Shown piece after piece: positions 53,701 through 64,000 of a stretch of 64,000 nucleotides of DNA (positions are counted from its first letter, which is position 1; each line of letters begins with the position of its first letter). The position numbers were made by a program, and so were the translations under genes. The notes beneath the pieces are model-generated. The model ran no database searches. It saw only the letters and a program-made list of their open reading frames with translations, and was not told the DNA's origin. The stretch is from Eledone cirrhosa (Eukaryota). Location: contig OZ024740.1 in the NCBI GenBank assembly GCA_964016885.1, forward strand, positions 7,564,001 to 7,628,000, written 5' to 3'.

Positions 53701-56700
53701 ATCAGTTTCGATTAGTATGTCAGTTTCTATTGGTATATCAGTTTCGATTGGTATATCTGTTTCGATTGGTATGTCAGTTTCGATTGGTATGTCAGTTTCG
53801 ATTAATATATCAGTTTCTATTGGTATGTCAGTTTCTATTGGTATATCAGTTTCGATTGGTATATCAGTTTCGATTAGTATGTCAGTTTCGATTGGTATAT
53901 CTGTTTCGATTGGTATGTCAGTTTCGATTAGTATATCAGTTTCTATTGGTATGTGAGTTCTATTGGTTATATCAGTTTCGATTGGTATATCAGTTTCGAT
54001 TAGTATGTCAGTTTCTATTGGTATGTCAGTTTTGATTGGTATGTCAGTTTCTATTGGTATATCTGTTTCGATTGGTATATCAGTTTCGATTGGTATTAAA
54101 GTTTTGATTAGTATATTAATTTCTATTGGTATGTCGGTTTCTATTGGTATATCAGTTTCGATTGTTATATCAGTTTCGATTAGTATGTCAGTTTCTATTG
54201 GTATGTCAGTTTCGATTAGTATGTCAGTTTCGATTGGTATATCAGTTTCGATTGGTATATCAGTTTCTATTGGTATATCAGTTTCTATTGGTACGTCAGT
54301 TTTGATTGGTATGTCAGTTTCTATTGGTATATCTGTTTCGATTGGTTTGTCAGTTTCGATTAGTAAATCAGTTTCTATAGGTATGTCAGTTTCTATTAGT
54401 AGATCAGTTTCGATTGGTATAGCTGTTTCGATTGGTATGTCAGTTTCGATTGTTATGTCAGTTTCTAATGGTATGTCAGTTTTGATTAGTATATCAGTTT
54501 CTATTGGTATGTCAGTTTTGATTAGTATATTAGTTTCTATTGCTATGTCAGTTTCGATTGTTATATCAGTTTCTATTGGTATATCAGTTTCGATTAGTAT
54601 GTCAGTTTCTATTGGTATATCAGTTTCGATTGGTATATCTGTTTCGATTGGTTATATCAGTTTCGATTGGTATATCAGTTTCGATTAGTATGTCAGTTTC
54701 TATTGGTATGTCAGTTTTGATTGGTATGTCAGTTTCTATTGGTATATCTGTTTCGATTGGTATATCAGTTTCGATTGGTATTAAAGTTTTGATTAGTATA
54801 TTAGTTTCTATTGCTATGTCAGTTTCGATTGGTATATCAGTTTCTATTGGTATATCAGTTTCGATTAGTATGTCAGTTTCTATTGGTATATCAGTTTCTA
54901 TTGGTATATCTGTTTCGATTGGTATGTCAGTTTCGATTTGTATATCAGTTTCGATTGGTATGTCAGTTTCGATTAGTATATCAGTAACTATTGGTATGTT
55001 AGTATCTATTGGTACATCAGTTTCTATTGGTATGTCAATTTCGATTGTTATGTCAGTTTCTAATGGTATGTCAGTTTTGATTAGTATATCAGTTTCTATT
55101 GGTATATCAGTTTCGATTAGTATGTCAGTTTCTATTGGTATATCAGTTTCGAATGGTATATCTGTTTCGATTGGTATGTCAGTTTCGATTGGTATGTCAG
55201 TTTCGATTAGTATATCAGTTTCTATTGGTATGTCAGTTTCTATTGGTATATCAGTTTATATTGGTATGTGAGTTCTATTGGTTATATCAGTTTCGATTGG
55301 TATATCAGTTTCGATTAGTATGTCAGTTTCTATTGGTATGTCAGTTTTGATTGGTATGTCAGTTTCTATTGCTATATCTGTTTCGATTGGTATATCAGTT
55401 TCGATTGGTATTAAAGTTTTGATTAGTATATTAGTTTCTATTGCTATGTCAGTTTCGATTGGTATATCAGTTTCTATTTGTATATCAGTTTCGATTAGTA
55501 TGTCAGTTTCTATTGGTATATCAGTTTCGATTGGTATATCTGTTTCGATTGGTATGTCAGTTTCGATTTGTATATCAGTTTCGATTGGTATGTCAGTTTC
55601 TATTGGTATGTCAGTTTTGATTGGTATGTCAGTTTCTATTGGTATATCAGTTTCTATTGGTATATCAGTTTCGATTGCTATGTTAGTTTCTATTGGTATA
55701 TTAGTTTCTATTGCTATGTCAGTTTCGATTGGTATATCAGTTTCTATTGGTATATCAGTTTCTATTGGAATGTCAGTTTTTATTGGTATATCAGTTTCTA
55801 TTGGTTTGTCAGTTTCGATTGGTATATCAGTTTCTATTGGTATATCAGTTTCTATTGGTACGTCAATTTCGAATGGTATATCAGTTTCGATTAGTATGTC
55901 AGTTTCTATTGGTATATCAGTTTCGATTGGTATATCTGTTTCGATTGGTTTGTCAGTTTCGATTGGTATATCAGTTTCTATTGGTTTGTCAGTTTCGATT
56001 GGTATATCAGTTTCTATTGGTATATCAGTTTCTATTGGTACGTCAATTTCGAATGGTATATCAGTTTCGATTAGTATGTCAGTTTCTATTGGTATATCAG
56101 TTTCGATTGGTATATCTGTTTCGATTGGTATGTCAGTTTCGATTGGTATGTCAGTTTCGATTAGTATATCAGTTTTTATTGGTATGTCAGTTTCTATTGG
56201 TATATCAGTTTCGATTAGTATGTCAGTTTCTATTGGTATGTCAGTTTCGATTAGTATATCAGTTTGGATTGGTATGTCAATTTGAATTGGTATATCAGTT
56301 TCGATTAGTATGTCAGTTTCTATTGGTATATCAGTTTCGATTGGTATATCTGTTTCGATTGGTATGTCAGTTTCGATTTGTATATCAGTTTCGATTGGTA
56401 TGTCAGTTTCGATTAGTATATCAGTAACTATTGGTATGTTAGTATCTATTGGTACATCAGTTTCTATTGGTATGTCAATTTCGATTGTTATGTCAGTTTC
56501 TAATGGTATGTCAGTTTTGATTAGTATATCAGTTTCTATTGGTATATCAGTTTCGATTAGTATGTCAGTTTCTATTGGTATATCAGTTTCGATTGGTATA
56601 TCTGTTTCGATTGGTATGTCAGTTTCGATTGGTATGTCAGTTTCGATTAGTATATCAGTTTCTATTGGTATGTCAGTTTCTATTGGTATATCAGTTTCGA

Positions 56701-57400
56701 TTGGTATATCAGTTTCGATTAGTATGTCAATTTCTATTGGTATGTCAATTTCAATTGGTATATCAGTTTCGATTAGTATGTCAGTTTCGATTGGTATATC
56801 AGTTTCGATTAGTATGTCAGTTTCTATTGGTACGTCAGTTTCGATTAATATAACAGTTTAGATTGGTATATCAGTTTCTATTGGTAGGACAGTTTCGATT
56901 GGTATATCAGTTTCGATTGGTATATCAGTTTCGATTGGTATCTCAGTTTTGATTAGTATATTAGTTTCTATTGGTATGTCGGTTTCTATTGGTATATCAG
57001 TTTCGATTGTTATATCAGTTTCGATTAGTATGTCAGTTTCTATTGGTATGTCAGTTTCGATTAGTATGTCAGTTTCGATTGGTATATCAGTTTCGATTGG
57101 TATATCAGTTTCGACTGGTATATCAGTTTCTATTGGTATATTAGTTTAGATTGATATATCAGTTTCGATTAGTATGTCAGTTTCTATTGGTATATCAGTT
57201 TCAATTGTTATATCAGTTTCGATTGGTATATCAGTTTCGATTGGTATGTCAGTTTCTATTGGTATATCAGTTACTATTGGTATGTCAGTTTCGATTGGTA
57301 TGTCAGTTTCGATTGGTATGTCAATTTCGATTGGTACATCAGTTTCGATTAGTATGTCAGTTACTATTGGTATATCAGTTTCGATTGGTATATCTGTTTC
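47770..57400. repeat. HOR block G: ~4.84-4.88-kb duplication; boundaries approximate
   Basis: ORF offsets 48383/53262 (4879) and 49697/54540, 50435/55278, 51467/56310 (4843). Markers include GGTATTAAAG, TAGTAGATC and GGACTTTCAG. Confidence 0.87.
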
Positions 57401-60400
57401 GATTGGTATGTCAGTCTCTATTGTTATATCAGATTCGATTAGTATGTCAGTTTCGATTAGTATATCAGTTTCTATTGCTATGTCAGTTTCGATTGGTATA
57501 TCAGTTTCTATTGGTATGTCAGTTGCGATTGTTATGTCAGTTTCTATCGGTATATCAGTTTCGATTGGTATGTTAGTTTCTATTGGTATGTCAGTTTCGA
57601 TTAGTATATCAGTTTCTATTGGTTTGTCAGTTTCGATTGGTATATCAGTTTCTATTGGTATATCAGTTTCTATTGGTACGTCAATTTCGAATGGTATATC
57701 AGTTTCGATTAGTATGTCAGTTTCTATTGGTATATCAGTTTCGATTGCTATATCTGTTTCGATTGGTATGTCAGTTTCGATTGGTATGTCAGTTTCGATT
57801 AGTATATCAGTTTCTATTGGTATGTCAGTTTCTATTGGTATATCAGTTTCGATTGGTATATCAGTTTCGATTAGTATGTCAGTTTCTATTGGTATGTCAG
57901 TTTCGATTAGTATATCAGTTTGGATTGGTATGTCAATTTGAATGTGTATATCAGTTTCGATTAGTATGTCAGTTTCTATTGGTATATCAGTTTCGATTGG
58001 TATATCTGTTTCGATTGGTATGTCAGTTTCGATTTGTATATCAGTTTCGATTGGTATGTCAGTTTCGATTAGTATATCAGTTACTATTGGTATGTGAGTT
58101 TCTATTGGTATATCAGTTTCGATTGGTATATCAGTTTCGATTAGTATTTCAGTTTCTATTGGTATGTCATTTTCGATTAATATAACAGTTTAGATTGGAA
58201 TATCAGTTTCTATTGGTATATCAGTTTCGATTGGTATATCAGTTTCTATTGGTATATCAGTTTCTACTGGTATGACAGTTTCGATTGGTATATCAGTTTC
58301 GATTGGTATATCAGTTTCGATTGCTATATCAGTTTCTATTGGTATGACAGTTTCGATTGGTATATCAGTTTCGATTGGTATATCAGTTTCGATTGGTATA
58401 TCAGTTTCTATTGGTATATCAGTTTCTATTGGTATGACAGTTTCGATTGGTATATCAGTTTCGATTGGTATGTCAGTTAGGATAGGTATGTCAGTTTCGA
58501 TTGGTATGTCAGTTTCGATTGGTATGTCAATTTCGATTGGTATATCAGTTTCGATTAGTATATCAGTTTCTATTGGACTGTCAGCTTCTATTGATATGTC
58601 AGTTTCGTTTGGTATATCTGTTTCGATTGGTATGTCAGTTTCGATTGGTATGTCAGTTTCGATTAGTATATCAGTTTCTATTGGTATGTCAGTTTCTATT
58701 GGTATATCAGTTTCGATTGGTATATCAGTTTCGATTAGTATGTCTGTTTCGATTAGTATATCCGTTTGGATTGGTATGTCAGTTTCGATTAGTATATCAG
58801 TTTCTATTGGTATGTGAGTTTCTATTGGTATATCAGTTTCGATTGGTATATCAATTTCGATTAGTATGTCAGTTTCTATTGGTATGTCAGTTTCGATTAA
58901 TATAACAGTTTAGATTGGTATATCAGTTTCTATTGGTAGGACAGTTTCGATTGGTATATCAGTTTCGATTGGTATATCAGTTTCGATTGGTATCTCAGTT
59001 TTGATTAGTATATTAGTTTCTATTGGTATGTCGGTTTCGACTGTTATATCAGTCTCGATTAGTATATCAGTTTCTATTGGTATGTCAGTTTCGATTAGTA
59101 TGTCAGTTTCGATTGGTATATCAGTTTCGATTGGTATATCAGTTTCTATTGGTATATCAGTTTCTATTGGTATGTCAGTTTTGATTGGTATAGCAGTTTC
59201 TATTGGTATGTCAGTTTCGATTGGTATGTCAGTTTCTATTGGTATATCTGTTTCGATTGGTATGTCAGTTTCGATTAGTATATCAGTTTCTATAGGTATG
59301 TCAGTTTCTATTAGTATATCAGTTTCGATTGGTATATCAGTTTCGATTGGTATGTCAGTTTCGATTGGTATATCAATTTCTATTGGTATATCAGTTTAGA
59401 TTGATATATCAGTTTCGATTAGTATGTCAGTTTCTATTGGTATATCAGTTTCGATTGTTATATCAGTTTCAATTGGTATATCAGTTTCGATTGGTATGTC
59501 AGTTTCTATTGGTATATCAGTTACTATTGGTATGTCAGTTTCGATTGGTATGTCAGTTTCGATTGGTATGTCAATTTCGATTGGTATATCAGTTTCGATT
59601 AGTATGTCAGTTACTATTGGTATATCAGTTTCGATTGGTATATCTTTTTCGATTGGTATGTCAGTTTCTATTGTTATATCAGATTCGATTAGTATGTCAG
59701 TTTCGATTAGTATATCAGTTTCTATTGCTATGTCAGTTTCGATTGGTATATCAGTTTCTATTGGTATATCAGTTTCTATTGGTATGTCAGTTTCGATTGT
59801 TATGTCAGTTTCTATTGGTATATCTCTTTCGATTAGTATATCAGTTTCTATTGGTTTGTCAGTTTCGATTGGTATATCAGTTTCTATTGGCATGACAGTT
59901 TCGATTGCTACATCAGTTTCTATTGGTATATCAGTTTCTATTGGTATGTCAGTTTCTATTGGTATGTCAGTTTCGATTGGTATATCAGTTTCGATTGGTA
60001 TATCAGTTTCTATTGGTATATCAGTTTCTATTGGTATGTCAGTTTCGATTGGTATGTCAGTTTCGATTGGTATGTCAGTTTCGATTGGTATGTCAATTTC
60101 GATTGGTATATCAGTTTCGATTAGTATGTCAGTTTCTATTGGTATGTCAGTTTCGATTAGTATATCAGTTTAGATTGGTATATCAGTTTCTATTGGTATG
60201 ACAGTTTCGATTGGTATATCAGTTTCGATTGGTATGTCAGTTTGGATAGGTATGTCAGTTTCGATTGGTATGTCAGTTTCAATTGGTATATCAGTTTCTA
60301 TTGGTATGTCTGTTTTGATTGGTATAGCAGTTTCTATTGGTATGACAGATTCGATTGGTATGTCAGTTTCTATTGGTAATTCAGTTTCGATTGGTAAGTC

Positions 60401-60799
60401 AGTTTCGATTGGTATGTCAATTTCGATTGGTATATCAGTTTCGATTGGTATGTCAGTTTCGATTGCTATATCAGTTTCGATTGGTATATCAGTTTCGATT
60501 AGTATGTCAGTTTCTATTGATATGTCAGTTTCGATTGGTATGTCAGATTCTATTAGTATATAAGTTTCGATTGGTATATCAGTTTCGATTGGTATGTCAG
60601 TTTCGATTGGTATATCAGTTTCTATTGGTATGTCAGTTTTGATTGGTATACCAGTTTCTATTGGTATGTCAGTTTCGATTGGTATGTCAGTTTCTATTGG
60701 TATATCAGTTTCGATTGGTATGTCAGTTTCTATTGGTATGTCAGTTTCGATGATTATATCAGTTACTATTGGTATGTCAGTTTTGATTGGTATATCAGT

Positions 60800-63700
60800 T
60801 TCTATTGGTATATCTGTTTCGATTGGTATGTCAGTTTGGATTAGTATATCAATTTCTATAGGTATGTCAGTTTCTATTAGTATATCAGTTTCGATTGGTA
60901 TATCAGTTTCGATTGGTATGACAGTTTAGATTGATATATCAGTTTCGATTAGTATGTCAGTTTCTATTGGTATATCAGTTTCGATTGTTATATCAGTTTC
61001 GATTGGTATATCAGTTTCTATCGGTATGTCAGTTTCGATTGGTATGTCAGTTTCGATTGGTATGTCAATTTCAATTAGTATATCAGTTTCTATTGGTATG
61101 TTAGTTTGTATTGTTATATCAGTTTCGATAGGTATATCAGTTTCGTTTGGTATGTCAGTTTCGATTGGTATATCAGTTTCAATTGCTATATCTGTTTCTA
61201 TTGGTATGTCAGTTACGATTGGTACGTCAGTTTCTATTGGTATGTCAGTTTCGATTGGTATGTCAGTTTCGATTGGTATATCAGTTCGATTGATATGACA
61301 GTGTCGATTGGTATATCAGTTTTGATTAGTATGTCAGTTTCTATTGGTATGTCAGTTTCGATTAATATAACAGTTTAGATTGGTATATCAGTTTCTATTG
61401 GTATGACAGTTTCAATTAGTATATCAGTTTCGATTGGTATATCAGTTTCGATTGGTATATCAGTTTCGATTGTTATATCAGTTTCTATTGGTATATCAGT
61501 TTCTATTGGTATGACAGTTTCGATTGGTATATCAGTTTTGATTGGTATGTCAGTTGCGATTGATATATCAGTTTCGATTAGTATGTCAGTTTCGATTGGT
61601 ATATCAGCTTCGATTGGTATGTCAATTTCAATTAGTATATCAGTTTCGATTAGTATATCAGTTTCTATTGGACTGTCAGTTTCTATTGATATATCAGTTT
61701 CGTTTGGCATATCAGTTTCTATTGGTATGTCAGTTTCGATTGGTATGTCAGTTTCTATTGGTATATCAGTTGCGATTGATATATCAGTTTCGATTAGTAT
61801 GTCAGTTTCTAATGGTATGTCAGTTTTGATTGGTATATCAGTTTCTATTGGTATGTCAGTTTCGATTGGTATGTCAGTCTCTATTGGTATATCAGTTTCG
61901 ATTGGTATATCAGTTTTGATTGGTATATCAGTTTCGATTGGTATGTCAGTTTCTATTGGTATATCAGTTTCTATTGGTATGTCAGTTTCGATCGGTACGT
62001 CAGTTTGGATTGGTATGTCAATTTCAATTGGTATATCAGTTTCGATTAGTATGTCAGTTTCTATTGGTATATCAGTTTCGATTGGTATATCTGTTTCGAT
62101 TGGTATGTCAGTTTCGATTTGTATACCAGTTTCGATTGGTATGTCAGTTTCGATTAGTATATCAGTTTCTATTGGTATGTCAGTTTCGATTGGTATGTCA
62201 GTTTAGATTGCTATATCAGTTTCTATTGGTATGACAGTTTCGATTGGTATATCAGTTTCGATTGGTATGTCAGTTTCGATGGGTATGTCAGTTTCGATTG
62301 ATATGTCAGTTTCGATTGGTATATCAGTTTCGATTGGTATATCAGTTTCGATTGATATGTCAGTTTCGATTGGTATATCAGTTTCGATCGGTATCTCAGT
62401 TTTGATTAGAATATTAGTTTCTATTGGTATGTCGGTATCTATTGGTATATCTGTTTCGATTGGTATGTCAGTTTGGATTAGTATATCAATTTCTATAGGT
62501 ATGTCAGTTTCTATTAGTATATCAGTTTCGATTGGTATATCAGTTTCGATTGGTATGACAGTTTAGATTGATATATCAGTTTCGATTAGTATGTCAGTTT
62601 CTATTGGTATATCAGTTTCGATTGTTATATCAGTTTCGATTGGTATATCAGTTTCTATCGGTATGTCAGTTTCGATTGGTATGTCAGTTTCGATTGGTAT
62701 GTCAATTTCAATTAGTATATCAGTTTCTATTGGTATGTTAGTTTGTATTGGTATATCAGTTTCGATAGGTATATCAGTTTCGTTTGGTATGTCAGTTTCG
62801 ATTGGTATATCAGTTTCAATTGCTATATCTGTTTCTATTGGTATGTCAGTTTCGATTGGTACGTCAGTTTCTATTGGTATGTCAGTTTCGATTGGTATGT
62901 CAGTTTCGATTGGTATATCAGTTCGATTGATATGACAGTGTCGATTGGTATATCAGTTTTGATTAGTATGTCAGTTTCTATTGGTATGTCAGTTTCGATT
63001 AATATAACAGTTTAGATTGGTATATCAGTTTCTATTGGTATGACAGTTTCGATTAGTATATCAGTTTCGATTGGTATATCAGTTTCGATTGGTATATCAG
63101 TTTCTATTGGTATATCAGTTTCTATTGGTATGACAGTTTCGATTGGTATATCAGTTTTGATTGGTATGTCAGTTGCGATTGATATATCAGTTTCGATTAG
63201 TATGTCAGTTTCGATTGGTATATCAGCTTCGATTGGTATGTCAATTTCAATTGGTATATCAGTTTCGATTAGTATATCAGTTTCTATTGGACTGTCAGTT
63301 TCTATTGATATATCAGTTTCGTTTGGTATATCAGTTTCTATTGGTATGTCAGTTTCGATTGGTATGTCAGTTTCTATTGGTATATCAGTTGCGATTGATA
63401 TATCAGTTTCGATTAGTATGTCAGTTTCTAATGGTATGTCAGTTTTGATTAGTATATCAGTTTCTATTGGTATGTCAGTTTCGATTGGTATGTCAGTCTC
63501 TATTGGTATATCAGTTTCGATTGGTATATCAGTTTTGATTGGTATATCAGTTTCGATTGGTATGTCAGTTTCTATTGGTATATCAGTTTCTATTGGTATG
63601 TCAGTTTCGATTGGTACGTCAGTTTGGATTGGTATGTCAATTTCAATTGGTATATCAGTTTCGATTAGTATGTCAGTTTCTATTGGTATATCAGTTTCGA

Positions 63701-64000
63701 TTGGTATATCTGTTTCGATTGGTATGTCAGTTTCGATCTGTATACCAGTTTCGATTGGTATGTCAGTTTCGATTAGTATATCAGTTTCTATTGGTATGTC
63801 AGTTTCGATTGGTATGTCAGTTTAGATTGCTATATCAGTTTCTATTGGTATGACAGTTTCGATTGGTATATCAGTTTCGATTGGTATGTCAGTTTCGATC
63901 GGTATGTCAGTTTCGATTGATATGTCAGTTTCGATTGGTATATCAGTTTCGATTGGTATATCAGTTTCGATTGATATGTCAGTTTCGATTGGTATATCAG
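60800..64000. repeat. HOR block H: 1619-1637-bp period; boundaries approximate
   Basis: ORF offsets 60954/62591 (1637) and 61542/63161, 61920/63539 (1619). Confidence 0.85.

Larger units (their letters stand above)
35053..64000. repeat. 18-bp tandem satellite array, right arm (runs off the window edge)
   Basis: Same monomer and orientation as the left arm; no further unique sequence seen. Confidence 0.99.

Noticed and set aside
1-64000. CRISPR array or other repeat-spacer system
   Set aside because: Monomers abut directly with no unique spacers, there are no cas-like genes, and the context is eukaryotic retroposons.
1-64000. CENP-B box or telomeric repeat within the monomer (TTTCGATTGG, GATTAG)
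   Set aside because: Only TTCG matches the CENP-B box; the downstream A and CGGG are absent. There are no TTAGGG-type runs.

Overview
About 98% of this window is one head-to-tail, uniformly oriented 18-bp satellite (consensus TCAGTTTC[G/T]ATT[G/A]GTAT[A/G], roughly 3,500 monomers). It is organised into a succession of local higher-order repeats (HORs) of 1.6-4.9 kb. The SIGMSV / PIETDI / LVYQFR ORFs are by-products of an 18-bp (6-codon) monomer, not genes. The only non-satellite DNA is two same-strand retroposon insertions 183 bp apart near the centre. The first is a ~345-bp SINE (tRNA-like head, CORE-like domain, RTE-derived 3' part) at ~33748-34092. The second is a 5'-truncated RTE-clade LINE at 34276-35052 with an unbroken C-terminal reading frame, a structured 3' UTR and an (ATG)7 tail. 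A paralogous empty site at ~37500-37750 lets both junctions be read exactly. The window is eukaryotic (animal); the RTE 3' UTR looks cephalopod/Octopus-like, but that is from memory and unverified. I found no new protein-coding system. The best leads are the adjacent SINE-LINE pair (shared modules, identical insertion register, little or no target-site duplication), candidate RNA structures in their 3' ends, and the satellite's variant grammar and HOR turnover.
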